DNA of 34,080 bases from Acidobacteriota bacterium (GCA_013362195.1 JABFWM010000098.1:1-34080), one strand, 5' to 3'; shown: positions 7,675-16,787, numbered from the stretch's first letter. Notes: a model not told the origin generated them from the sequence alone. Program-made: numbers and translations.

Positions 7675-10170
7675 CTACAGAATGCCGGCCGCCGCGCGCT
7701 GGATGTCGAGGTCGGTGAGCTCGGGATGCGCCGGCGGCACCAGCGTCAACCCGCGCGGACCCTTGTCGCGGCCGGTCAGCCGCTTGCGGCGGGCCTTGTC
7801 CTGATACATGCGGTTGTCCGCCGTCGCGAGCAGCGCCTCGTACGACTCGCCGTCCTGCGGGAACACCGCCGCGCCGATGCTGATTCCGAGCTGCAGGCGC
7901 TTGCCCGGCCGCGCCTCGAAGTAGACGGCGTCGACGCCCTGCTGCAGCTCCTGGCGCTTGTGTTCGGCTTCGTCGGCGCTGCAGCCGGACAGCACGATGA
8001 TGAACTCGTCGCCCGCGTAGCGCACGCAGATGTCATAGGGGCGGATCGCGGCGCGCAGCACCCGCGCGACTTCGCACAGCGCCCGGTCGCCGACGTGGTG
8101 GCCGTGGCTGTCGTTGATGTCCTTGAAGTGGTCGAGGTCCATGACCATGAGCGAGACCTCGCCCTTCAGGCGCTCGGCGCGCGCGAGCTCGCGTGTCAGG
8201 TGCATGAACAGGAAGCGCGTGTTCGGGAGGCCCGTCAGCGGGTCCGTCAGCGAATCCTCCTGCGTCTGCTCGAACAGCATCGAGTTGTTGATGACCGCCG
8301 CCGCCTGCTCCGACACGCGATCGAGCAGACGGCGGTGATCGTCGCGATAGAAGGCGGCGTCGGTGTGATAGACCGACAGCGTGCCGATGAACCGTTCGGC
8401 AAACATCAGCGGGCACACCAGCGCCGACTGCAGCGTCGTCGAGAGACTGGTCAGGCCGGCCGCTTCGAGATCGGCGCTGGGCCGGGCGTTGACGAGCGGA
8501 CGGCGGTTGCGCGCGACCCACCCCGTCAGCCCGTCGCCGCTGTGCACCGAGACCTGCTGAATGACGTCGGCATCCGTCCCGGTCGCGAACCGGCAGCGCA
8601 GCGTTTCGGTCTCCTCGTCATAGAGGAACAGCGCGGCGCACGAGAACGGCACCAGGTTGCTCAACTTCGCCGAGATGAGCGCCATCGTGTCGGACACGCC
8701 GAGGCTGGTGCCCATGGCCTGCGCAATCTCGTAGAGCGCGTAAATCTCGCGGTGCGCCAGCGCGATGTCCTCGAAGACGTTCTTCTTCGACGGTTCGGGC
8801 TGGAGGCCGGTCGCCGGACGCCCCGTCTGCGGCTGGTCCTCCGCGGCGGGACGCCGTACCGCCTGCTCGAGGTGAATCGCTTCCGCCTGCATCCCCGGAA
8901 TCAGCTCGATGAACTTCCCGACGACGGCGGGGTCGAGCCCTTTGCCGGCTTCCTGCTGCAGCAGTCCGATCGCCGCCTCGAAGCTCATCGCCTTGTGGTA
9001 CGGGCGCTCCGCCATCAGCGCGTCGAAGTAATCGACGACCGACAGGATCCGCGCGCCGAGCGGGATGTCTTCTCCCTTCAATCCGGCGGGGTACCCCTTG
9101 CCGTCCCACCGCTCGTGATGGCTGAGGATCAGCGGCGCCACCGGATACGGGAACGGCACCGAGCTGACGATGTCGGCGCCGACCTTCGGATGGGCGCGGA
9201 TTTTCTGGAACTCCTCGGGCGTGAGCGGGCCCGGCTTGGACAGGATGTGCTCGGGCACCGCGAGCTTGCCGATGTCGTGCAGCAGCGCCGCGGTCTTGAC
9301 GCCCTGAATGTCGTTCTCGCTCATGCCGAGCGCGCGCGCGACCGCCGCCGCATACAGCTGCACGCGCCGGATGTGCGACTGCGACGTCTGATCCTTCGCG
9401 TCGATGGCGAGGGCGAGCGCCTCGATGGTGGCGAGGTGCAGGTCGGCCATCTCGCGCACGTGGCGCTGTTCGTCTTCGATGCGTCCCAGATAGACCTTGT
9501 AGGTGCGGTACGTCAGGTAGAGCGGCGCTGCGGCGAGCGGCGCGAGCCAGTGGCCCGAGATGCCGACGATCCAGGTGGCGGCCGCGGCGGCGCCGGCGCC
9601 GACGAAATAGCTCGGCGCGCTCCACAGGAAGTTCTCGTTCCAGACCTTGATGACCGCTTGCCGGGTCGACAGCGCAATCGCGGTGGCGATCGTCAGCGTG
9701 TTGATCATGAAGTACGTCGTCGCGGCGCCGACGAGCGGCTTCGCGAGCGTACCGACGTCCATCACCCCGGGAACGCCGCCGAGCCAGCCGTAGACCGCGC
9801 CGGCCGCCTGCACCGTCAGCACCAGGCACGCCATGCTGAAGAGCGTGCGATGCGTCGGATTGCGTTCCTTGATGCGGAAGGTGCACTGGCTGAACGCGCT
9901 GGCCGCGGCGACGACCATCGTCTCGTTCGGGCCGAGCAGCAGCAGCGCCGCGAAATCGACCGCGTACGACACGGACATCGTCGAGGAGCGCCGCGCCAGC
10001 GGCAGGTTCACCTTGAAGACGGACGTGATCGACGAGAGCAGGAGCAGCACGAAAAAGAGCTCCAGCTCCTTGGCGCTGAACCGCGTCGGGAAAAACAGGA
10101 CGAGCAGCGCCGCGCCAGCCGCGATGACCGAGGTCACGAACAGCCGCGCGGGCAGCGGAAGTCTCTTCAT
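7675..10170 (-). CDS. Multi-TM sensor with HD-GYP, GAF and GGDEF (AGDEF) domains
   Basis: About 6-7 N-terminal TM segments; LLHDIGK..HHERWDGKGYP; GAF (GLTGWVA...SALVCPL...IGTL); TDPLTGLPN..DLDHFKDINDSHGH..RPYD..RYAGDEF. Confidence 0.93.
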   Translation of the reverse strand: MKRLPLPARLFVTSVIAAGAALLVLFFPTRFSAKELELFFVLLLLSSITSVFKVNLPLARRSSTMSVSYAVDFAALLLLGPNETMVVAAASAFSQCTFRIKERNPTHRTLFSMACLVLTVQAAGAVYGWLGGVPGVMDVGTLAKPLVGAATTYFMINTLTIATAIALSTRQAVIKVWNENFLWSAPSYFVGAGAAAAATWIVGISGHWLAPLAAAPLYLTYRTYKVYLGRIEDEQRHVREMADLHLATIEALALAIDAKDQTSQSHIRRVQLYAAAVARALGMSENDIQGVKTAALLHDIGKLAVPEHILSKPGPLTPEEFQKIRAHPKVGADIVSSVPFPYPVAPLILSHHERWDGKGYPAGLKGEDIPLGARILSVVDYFDALMAERPYHKAMSFEAAIGLLQQEAGKGLDPAVVGKFIELIPGMQAEAIHLEQAVRRPAAEDQPQTGRPATGLQPEPSKKNVFEDIALAHREIYALYEIAQAMGTSLGVSDTMALISAKLSNLVPFSCAALFLYDEETETLRCRFATGTDADVIQQVSVHSGDGLTGWVARNRRPLVNARPSADLEAAGLTSLSTTLQSALVCPLMFAERFIGTLSVYHTDAAFYRDDHRRLLDRVSEQAAAVINNSMLFEQTQEDSLTDPLTGLPNTRFLFMHLTRELARAERLKGEVSLMVMDLDHFKDINDSHGHHVGDRALCEVARVLRAAIRPYDICVRYAGDEFIIVLSGCSADEAEHKRQELQQGVDAVYFEARPGKRLQLGISIGAAVFPQDGESYEALLATADNRMYQDKARRKRLTGRDKGPRGLTLVPPAHPELTDLDIQRAAAGIL

Positions 10171-10205
10171 CAGGCGCCCCAGACGGCCTTGTGACGAATC
10201 CTCAC
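10170..10205 (-). CDS. Putative 11-aa mini-ORF MRIRHKAVWGA (or amber read-through extension of the S8 protease)
   Basis: GGAGGT SD 5 nt before GTG; TGA overlaps the next ATG (TGATG); in frame with the S8 ORF; carries the same VWG motif. Confidence 0.5.
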   Translation of the reverse strand: MRIRHKAVWGA

Positions 10206-10208
10206 GCG

Positions 10209-12107
10209 CTACCTCCGTTGCGCCGGCGCTGCGGTATGCGCGCGCCGCCGGGGCGAGGCCCAGATCACGTTGTCGGATGCCTCGAGGACGCTGGCGCCCG
10301 AAGCGATGCCCGGTACGTCACTGGCGGCGGACGTGCCCCAGACCGTGTTCACCGCCGCGTCGGCCGTGCCCCAGACGAGGTCCTCGCCGTCCACGAGCGT
10401 GCCCCACACGACGTTGCGGCAATCCGCGCCGCCGCAGTCGCTGCCCCAGACGACGTTCTCGACGTCGCGGGTCGATCCCCACACCACCCGCTCGCCGTCG
10501 ACCTTCGTGCCCCAGGCGAGGCTCGCCGCGTCGAGCGTGGTTTCTCCCGTGGCGGGTGATTCCGCGGCGGTCCCCCAGACGTAGGTGGCGCAGTTGGCAG
10601 CGGTGCACGCGGCGCCCCAGGCGATGCTGCGGCCGTCGGCCGTGCGCGCGCTGCCCCAGGAAATGTCGGTGCGCCATCCGTTCGCCGCCGGGAGCAGCTG
10701 TCCGTGCGCGAGGCGCTGGTTGCCCCAGATGATCGTCCCGCTCCACGGCGTGGGATCGCCGAGCCGCGATCGCGAGAGGCTGCGGCCCGCGGCCAGCGAT
10801 CGTGCGAGTTCGACCGCGCCGCGCGCGTTGAGGAAGCCGGCGCCCTGCGCGAGCGGCCTCACGTGCTTGTCCTCCGCGGTGTACTGCAGGATCGCCTTGA
10901 CCAGGTTCGGGGTCAGATCGGGATTCGCCTGCAGCATCAACGCAATCGTGCCGGTGACGACCGGCGACGCCATGCTCGTGCCGCTCAACGCGAGGTAGGG
11001 TTCCGCGGCGGTCGCGACGGTGCCCCACAGCCGCGCCGACGGTTTCGTGAGATAGAGCGTGCTGGCCGCGTCGGTCAGCGATTCGATGCCGACGCCCGGC
11101 GCGATGAGATCCGGCTTCGCGGCGAAATCAATGGCGCCCGGTCCGCGCGAGCTGAACGCCGCGACGCTGTCGTCGCGCCGATCGCTCGTGCCCATGTGCG
11201 TCGAGGCGCCCACGGTGATGACCCACGGCGCGTTGCCGGGCGCGCCAATCCCGCCGTATTGCGTCTGACCGGCGGCATTTCGCCCGAGATTGCCCGCGGC
11301 GGTCACGACGGCGATGCCGGCTTCGACCGCGCGCTTTGCCGCAAGGGTCAGCGGATCGGTGGTGTACGACTCGTAGACGCCGGCGGCGACCGACAGGTTG
11401 ATGACCCGGATGTTCAGCGCGTCCTTGTTCGCGATCGCGTAGTCGATCGCCGCGATGACGTTGCTGATGTAGCCCTGCCCCGTCGAGTCGAGCACCTTTT
11501 CGACGAGCAGCGACGCCCCGGGTGCGATGCCGCGGCGGCGCCCGCCCGAGTCGTAGCCGCTGCCCGCGACGATGCCGGCGACGTGCGTGCCGTGCCCGTA
11601 ATCGTCGTACGCGCCCGACTGGAAGTTCACGAAATCCACGAAGCGGACGACGCGGTTGGAGCCGAGATCGTCGTGCCACGAGGCGACGCCCGAATCGATG
11701 AGAGCGATGCCGACGCCCGTGCCATCGAGGCCGAGAGTCTCGCGGACCCAGGTCGCGCCGACCGTGGCGCCGGTCCGCTCGATGGTGCCCTGAACGCCGC
11801 GGTCGAGGCTGATGCCGGCGACCTCCGGGCGCGCCGCCAACGCCTCGAGCGCGGTGTCAGGCACCTCGGCCACCTGCGCGCCCAGCAGGGCGAGACTGCG
11901 GCTGACGATGCCGTGCAGCGCCGTGACCAGCCCGTCTGCGTTGACGCCGGCGGCCAGGCGGACGATGACGCGCGACCGGCCGCGCGGCGCGTGGGCGCGC
12001 GCGCGCAATGCCGCGTCGAGCTTTGCATCGCCGGCGTGCGGCGCACCGAACGCGGGCAGGCCGGCAGCAGCGATCAGCGCGGCGACGAGCAGAAGGCGTC
12101 TGACCAT
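10209..12107 (-). CDS. Secreted subtilisin-like S8 serine protease with C-terminal xxWG repeat tail
   Basis: Signal peptide MVRRLLLVAALIAAAG; triad IDSG / GHGTHVAG / SGTSMASP; oxyanion AAGN; start chosen downstream of the sigma-54 promoter (alternative ATG 12173). Confidence 0.92.
   Translation of the reverse strand: MVRRLLLVAALIAAAGLPAFGAPHAGDAKLDAALRARAHAPRGRSRVIVRLAAGVNADGLVTALHGIVSRSLALLGAQVAEVPDTALEALAARPEVAGISLDRGVQGTIERTGATVGATWVRETLGLDGTGVGIALIDSGVASWHDDLGSNRVVRFVDFVNFQSGAYDDYGHGTHVAGIVAGSGYDSGGRRRGIAPGASLLVEKVLDSTGQGYISNVIAAIDYAIANKDALNIRVINLSVAAGVYESYTTDPLTLAAKRAVEAGIAVVTAAGNLGRNAAGQTQYGGIGAPGNAPWVITVGASTHMGTSDRRDDSVAAFSSRGPGAIDFAAKPDLIAPGVGIESLTDAASTLYLTKPSARLWGTVATAAEPYLALSGTSMASPVVTGTIALMLQANPDLTPNLVKAILQYTAEDKHVRPLAQGAGFLNARGAVELARSLAAGRSLSRSRLGDPTPWSGTIIWGNQRLAHGQLLPAANGWRTDISWGSARTADGRSIAWGAACTAANCATYVWGTAAESPATGETTLDAASLAWGTKVDGERVVWGSTRDVENVVWGSDCGGADCRNVVWGTLVDGEDLVWGTADAAVNTVWGTSAASDVPGIASGASVLEASDNVIWASPRRRAHTAAPAQRR
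10257..10733 (-). repeat. Eleven peptide-level xxWG(/WA) repeats in the S8 C-terminus
   Basis: IIWG, ISWG, IAWG, YVWG, LAWG, VVWG x3, LVWG, TVWG, VIWA; two CxxxxC motifs (CTAANC, CGGADC). Confidence 0.9.
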
Positions 12108-12140
12108 GGTCGCAAGGTGTCGGGGTAACGGCCGAAGACT

Positions 12141-12156
12141 TGCAATCCGCTTGCCC
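12141..12156 (-). promoter_or_regulatory. Sigma-54 (-24/-12) promoter for the S8 protease operon
   Basis: Minus strand GGGCAAGCGGATTGCA = GG-N10-GC with TTGCA, close to the consensus TGGCACG-N4-TTGCW; 33 nt upstream of ATG 12107; a sigma-54 activator gene is adjacent. Confidence 0.75.
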
Positions 12157-12260
12157 TCCACCGTGTGGCTCATCGCAGCACGCAACCCGCTTGTTTGACG
12201 CCTGTTATTGCCGATTTGCCGGGCAAACGCCGGCGCGTCGTCCGCCGCTTTCGGTAATAC

Positions 12261-12279
12261 CTGTCCCGTTTCGTAACAG
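12261..12279. promoter_or_regulatory. Candidate enhancer (UAS) CTGT-N11-ACAG
   Basis: TGT...ACA dyad about 105-120 bp upstream of the -24 element, a usual position for bEBP binding sites. Confidence 0.4.
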
Positions 12280-12394
12280 CAGGCCCCAAACCTCGCGCTA
12301 ACTCCTTCCGCGCCTGCACGATGGCGGAAAGGCCGCGTGGTCAGCAACCGCACAGACTAAAGTCGCTGAAACGCGCGATTTTGCGCGGATTTCA

Positions 12395-13744
12395 CTACGT
12401 GTTGGAAGGGCGTGTCTTGTTGCGGGACGGGCGCGGCTCCGCCTCGAGCCCGTACTCGACGATTTTCCGGTACAGCGTGCCGCGGCTGATCTCGAGGACC
12501 GCCGCCGCCTGCTTCTTGTTCCAGTTCACGCTTTCGAGCACCCGCACGATGTGCGCGCGTTCGGCGTCGGCGAGCGACGGCATCCGCTCGCGCGCCGCTT
12601 CCACGGGCGTTTCGTTCGCGTGAAGAAATTCGATGTCGGTCGGGCGGATGACCCGGCCGGGCGAGGACAACGCGGCGCGGGAGACCGTGCTTTCGAGCTC
12701 GCGGATGTTGCCCGGCCAGTGATACTGCATCAGGAGATCGGCGGCTTCCTTCGCGAAGCTCTTGCCGTCGAGCGGCAGGCCGTTGGCCGCGCAGTAGCGA
12801 GCCAGGAAACGCTGCGCCAGCACCGGAATGTCGCTCGCGCGCTCGCGCAGCGACGGCAGCCGGATGGCGAAGGCGTTGACGCGATAGTAGAGATCCTCGC
12901 GGAAGCGGCTGTCGCGGACGAACTGATCCAGCGGACGATTGGTCGCGGAGATCAGCCGGAAGTTGACTTCGATCGACGTGTTGCCGCCGAGGCGTTCGAA
13001 GCGCCGATCCTCGAGCACGCGCAGCAGCTTCGCCTGCGCGACAATCGAGAGGTCGCCGATCTCGTCGAGGAAGAGCGTGCCGTTGTTGGCCAGCTCGAGG
13101 CGGCCCGGTTTGCGATCGTGCGCGCCGGTGAACGCGCCTTTCTCGTAGCCGAAGATTTCCGATTCGAACAGCGTGTCGGGCAGCGCCGCGCAGTTGACGG
13201 CCTGGAACTTGTGGGTCGCGCGCCGGCTCAGCTCGTGGATCATCCGCGCGACGACTTCCTTGCCCGATCCGGTCGGCCCGAGGATCAGCACCGAGATGTC
13301 GGACTTGGCCGCCGTCCGGATCCACTCGAAGACGACCAGCATCTTCTCGTCACGGCCGATCATCTCGCGGAAGCGCTGGACCGCCGGCGAGCGGTCCTCG
13401 TGGCTCACCGTGGCGCGGCGTTCGAGGAACTGATCGAGCAGCTCGCGGATGACGTCGCTTTCCGGCTGGGTGAAGCCGTACTTGGGCGCGCCCGGCCCGT
13501 TCAACTTGCGGACGACGCCGAACCCGGCCAGTTCGCGCACGCAGTTCTCGACGTCGAGGCGCATGCGCCCGAACGTCGACATCAGCGCTTCGACGTCGAA
13601 CGACTCCTCGGGACGCGCGCACAGGAAGCGCAGAATCGCCGCGCGCAGCGGCGATTGCACGAGCGCCTGGAACCGGACCTCCGTTTCGGTCGGTTCGACG
13701 CGTCGTGTCGCCACGGGAAGATCGTTCATGGGGATGCCAGCCAT
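12395..13744 (-). CDS. Sigma-54-dependent transcriptional activator (bEBP) with atypical N-terminal domain
   Basis: [49 protein letters not shown]-terminal Fis-type HTH ([15 protein letters not shown]). Confidence 0.95.
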   Translation of the reverse strand: MAGIPMNDLPVATRRVEPTETEVRFQALVQSPLRAAILRFLCARPEESFDVEALMSTFGRMRLDVENCVRELAGFGVVRKLNGPGAPKYGFTQPESDVIRELLDQFLERRATVSHEDRSPAVQRFREMIGRDEKMLVVFEWIRTAAKSDISVLILGPTGSGKEVVARMIHELSRRATHKFQAVNCAALPDTLFESEIFGYEKGAFTGAHDRKPGRLELANNGTLFLDEIGDLSIVAQAKLLRVLEDRRFERLGGNTSIEVNFRLISATNRPLDQFVRDSRFREDLYYRVNAFAIRLPSLRERASDIPVLAQRFLARYCAANGLPLDGKSFAKEAADLLMQYHWPGNIRELESTVSRAALSSPGRVIRPTDIEFLHANETPVEAARERMPSLADAERAHIVRVLESVNWNKKQAAAVLEISRGTLYRKIVEYGLEAEPRPSRNKTRPSNT

Positions 13745-13747
13745 CTG

Positions 13748-14188
13748 TTACCTGGGTTCCGGCCCCGCGGGTTTCGTTCGCGGGGCGCCGTAGTACGCGG
13801 TCTGAAACTGCTCGATCAACTCTTTCATGCGAATCGCGTCGCGCTTGCGGTGCCCGTGGCACCGCACCGGGCTTGCGCCGCCGCTCGACTCGATCAGCAC
13901 GTTCGAGAAGAACAGGTTCGTTTCGATCAGCACGGACGCGACGTGCGCCATGTGAATCGACTGCTCACGCCGGCCGAACCACTCCGGCGTGTAATGCACG
14001 ACGCTCGTGGGCGTCACCGCGACCTGGGTCGGAAACAGGTGATTACCGCGGCTCCAGCGGCTCGCCCGGAAGACCTGATCTCCGGGTACACGCCGGCCGC
14101 GCACCGCGACCATCGCGATCAGCAACGCACCGACGACTGCGACCCCCGCGCCGGCAATCCACAGTACCAGCGAGTTCGTGTCGCTCAT
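13748..14188 (-). CDS. Single-TM membrane protein with bacterial PH-like domain
   Basis: N-terminal TM (LVLWIAGAGVAVVGALLIAMVAV), then SIHMAHVASVLIETNLFFSNVLIESSGG; stop 3 nt before the activator ATG. Confidence 0.7.
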   Translation of the reverse strand: MSDTNSLVLWIAGAGVAVVGALLIAMVAVRGRRVPGDQVFRASRWSRGNHLFPTQVAVTPTSVVHYTPEWFGRREQSIHMAHVASVLIETNLFFSNVLIESSGGASPVRCHGHRKRDAIRMKELIEQFQTAYYGAPRTKPAGPEPR

Positions 14189-14377
14189 CGTGTCCAAATT
14201 GGCTGGGGCAAAATACGTTCGCTCTGATGAGGCAGGTTTGTCAAGGAAAAACGCTCGTGCTGGAGCGCCGCGCGGCGGAATTGTACGCGCCCGCGACTCG
14301 CCTGCGGGCCCGGATCGCGGCGCACACGGCCGCTCACTCGGGTCGCAGTCGACGGTGCATCTGCTATGCTCGCCGGT

Positions 14378-15535
14378 ATGCCGCATCGAGCACCGGGCTC
14401 GCCGGGCCAGGGCCCTTCGCAGTACCTCCAAGGCAAACAGATTCGCTACTACCGGCCGCGCGGCAGCGCCGAAGTGCGCGAGCTCATCGACGGCGGCTTT
14501 CAGGCCTTCAATGCGGGGCGGCTCGCCGAGGCCTGCCACATCTTCAGCGACAAGATGCTGGCGCCCGACAACGACACCACGATCGGCCTGACCGTGGCCG
14601 GCGCGCTCACGCCCGCCGGACTGGGCGGCTGCGTGATCGAGCTCATGGACCGCGGCCTCGTCGACTTCGTCATCAGCACCGGCGCGAACCTCTATCACGA
14701 TCTGCATTACGCGCTGAATTTCTCGCTGCACCGCGGTTCGCCGTTCCTCGACGACGTGGAGCTCTACGAGCAGGGCGTCATCCGCATCTATGACGTGCTG
14801 TTCCCGGCGACCGTGCTGCTCGAGACCGACGCCTACATCCGCGACTTCCTCGTGCGCGCGCGTCTGGCCGGGCCCATGTCGACGGCGGAGTTCCACTTCC
14901 GCCTCGGCCAGGATCTGATCGAGCGGCAGCCTGGCTGCGTCGAGCACTCCGTGGTCGCCAAGGCCGCGCAGTGCGGCGTGCCCATCTACACCTCGTCGCC
15001 GGGCGACAGCTCGATCGGGATGAACATCGCGTACCACGAATTGATGAACGCCGGCACGCTGATGATCGATCCCAACAAGGACGTCAACGAGGTGTGCGCG
15101 ATCATCCTCGCCGGCACGCACAACGGCTGCGTCATTCTCGGCGGCGGCTCGCCGAAGAACTTCTACCTGCAGGGGCAGCCGACGTTGTGGGAGGTCTACG
15201 GCATCCCCAAAGGCGGCAACGATTTCTTCATTCAGATCACGACCGATCAGGTGGTGTGGGGCGGCTTGTCCGGCGCGACGCCGGCCGAAGCGGTGAGCTG
15301 GGGCAAGGTGAATCCCGGCGTGCTGCCCGACACCGTCGTCGCCTACTGCGATTCGACGATTGCCTTTCCGCTCTTCTGCGAGTACGCCGTCGGATCGCCG
15401 AACGGCCGCCGTACGCGGCGCGAGCTGGTACACACGCGCGACGCGCTGGTCGCGGATCTCCTGCGGCAGGCGAAGGCGGCGCAGGACACCAGGCAGATCA
15501 CCGCGGAACCGGCGGAGATCGATCGTCACCGTTAG
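14378..15535 (+). CDS. Deoxyhypusine synthase-like protein (homospermidine biosynthesis type)
   Basis: ISTGANLYHD, SSPGDSSIG, LGGGSPKN, GGLSGATPAEAVSWGKV (catalytic Lys retained); TGcTATGCT 7 nt before ATG. Confidence 0.9.
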   Translation: MPHRAPGSPGQGPSQYLQGKQIRYYRPRGSAEVRELIDGGFQAFNAGRLAEACHIFSDKMLAPDNDTTIGLTVAGALTPAGLGGCVIELMDRGLVDFVISTGANLYHDLHYALNFSLHRGSPFLDDVELYEQGVIRIYDVLFPATVLLETDAYIRDFLVRARLAGPMSTAEFHFRLGQDLIERQPGCVEHSVVAKAAQCGVPIYTSSPGDSSIGMNIAYHELMNAGTLMIDPNKDVNEVCAIILAGTHNGCVILGGGSPKNFYLQGQPTLWEVYGIPKGGNDFFIQITTDQVVWGGLSGATPAEAVSWGKVNPGVLPDTVVAYCDSTIAFPLFCEYAVGSPNGRRTRRELVHTRDALVADLLRQAKAAQDTRQITAEPAEIDRHR

Positions 15536-15541
15536 ACGAGC

Positions 15542-15982
15542 GTGGGCACACTGTCATCGGAGCTCGGACCGCTGGTCGAGCGCACGAACGGCCAGCCGCG
15601 CGTGTATGCCGACGCCAACATCCCGACCGGCGTCGTCGCCTACATGCGCGCGACGCTCGGGTGGGACGTGCTGTTCGTCCTGGAGCACGACGATCTGCGC
15701 CGCGCCCGCGACATCGAGCACTATCGCCTGGCGAGGCAGTTGGGCCGCACGCTCGTGACGCTGGATCACGACTACCTCGACGATCGCGGTTTTCCGCCGG
15801 ACGAAGGCGCGGGGGTGATGGTGCTCTCCGCTCCGGACGAGCGCTGGCTGCGCCGCCTGCTGAAGAAGATGGACCGCGATCTGTTCCGCGCGGAGGGCGC
15901 GCGCCCGCTGCCGCTCGAACGGCGCAAGGTGGAATGGCACATCGGAGGCATGCACGACAACGATGTTGACGCTGGGTGTTGA
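15542..15982 (+). CDS. PIN-like domain protein (DUF5615/Mut7-C-like)
   Basis: VYADANIP...LGWDVL...DIEHYRLARQLGRTLVTLDHDY acidic-residue pattern. Confidence 0.75.
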   Translation: MGTLSSELGPLVERTNGQPRVYADANIPTGVVAYMRATLGWDVLFVLEHDDLRRARDIEHYRLARQLGRTLVTLDHDYLDDRGFPPDEGAGVMVLSAPDERWLRRLLKKMDRDLFRAEGARPLPLERRKVEWHIGGMHDNDVDAGC

Positions 15983-16787
15983 TCTGAGCGGCCCGCCGCG
16001 CGCCGTGTTCGTGGACGATGCCGGCGTGGTGACGTTCCGCGAGCCGAGCGGAACCGGGCAAGCCATTCAGCAGGCGGCGCAGGACGCGCGTGTCGGCGCC
16101 GTGGGTGTCGCGATTCCAGAAGACGCGACGCCTGCGGTCGCGATCGCCGGCGCGAAGGTGACGCGTTCGGCGCCCGGACCCGCCGCCGTTGCCGCCGAAG
16201 CGTGGGTCGGCTCGGCCCGCGGCGTCCGGCATGCCGTCTGCTTCAGCATCGGCGAGCACGTCTATGCCGGGTTGCTCCTCGACGGCCGCGTCTGGACCGG
16301 CGCGCACAACCGCGCCGGCGCCGCCGCGTGGCTCGCGCTGAATCCCGTCGAGCGTCAGGACTACCGCAAGCTCGGAGGCCTCGCCGCGGAAGTCGGTTTC
16401 AAGGGGATCGCGCGCCGGCTCTCATGGCGCATCCAGGCCGGCGATCAGTCGGCGGTGCTCGAGCGCGCCGGCGATCTCGAGGCGATCACGGCGGCGCACG
16501 TGTTCGACGGCGCGCGCAGCGGTGACGGCGTCGCCATCTCCGTGGTCCGGGACACCGCACGATACATCGGCATGGCGATCGCGAACTTCGTCGCGACGAT
16601 CGATCCGGAAGTGGTCGTCATCGCCGGCGCGATCGCCGCCGCGCACGACGTCCTGCACGATGCCGTGCGCCAGGAATGCACGCGCCGGCTTCCGCTCCAG
16701 GCCATGGACTCCCTGCGCGTCGAATTCTCCACGCTCGGCGACGATGCCGTGGCGATCGGCGCGGCGCGGCTCGCGATGCCCGCATGA
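15963..16787 (+). CDS. ROK family protein (degenerate sugar kinase/repressor-like)
   Basis: LGVDLSG, AAVAAEAWVG, AGLLLDGRVWTG, IDPEVVVIAG, LGDDAVAIGAA. Confidence 0.8.
   Translation: MLTLGVDLSGPPRAVFVDDAGVVTFREPSGTGQAIQQAAQDARVGAVGVAIPEDATPAVAIAGAKVTRSAPGPAAVAAEAWVGSARGVRHAVCFSIGEHVYAGLLLDGRVWTGAHNRAGAAAWLALNPVERQDYRKLGGLAAEVGFKGIARRLSWRIQAGDQSAVLERAGDLEAITAAHVFDGARSGDGVAISVVRDTARYIGMAIANFVATIDPEVVVIAGAIAAAHDVLHDAVRQECTRRLPLQAMDSLRVEFSTLGDDAVAIGAARLAMPA

Noticed and set aside
10257-10733. Recurring GCCCCA(G/C)AC DNA motif as a CRISPR-like array
   Set aside because: Units are under 12 nt, in frame, and explained by the VWG codons; no cas genes
12200-12270. GGCAAAC and GAAAG..GGACG fragments reminiscent of a c-di-GMP-I riboswitch upstream of the S8 operon
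   Set aside because: The pieces lie on opposite strands, the GCAAAG element is absent, and the region is upstream of the predicted TSS
12108-12353. N-terminal extension of the S8 ORF to 12353
   Set aside because: It buries the signal peptide and spans the sigma-54 promoter and enhancer region
14239-14244. Perfect TTGACA on the minus strand upstream of 14188
   Set aside because: No -10 hexamer at 16-18 nt spacing (TATTTT is 23 nt away), so not called as a promoter
14189-15529. 593-aa ORF 13748-15529 as a single gene
   Set aside because: The upstream part is antisense to the DHS-like gene; only 13748-14188 looks coding
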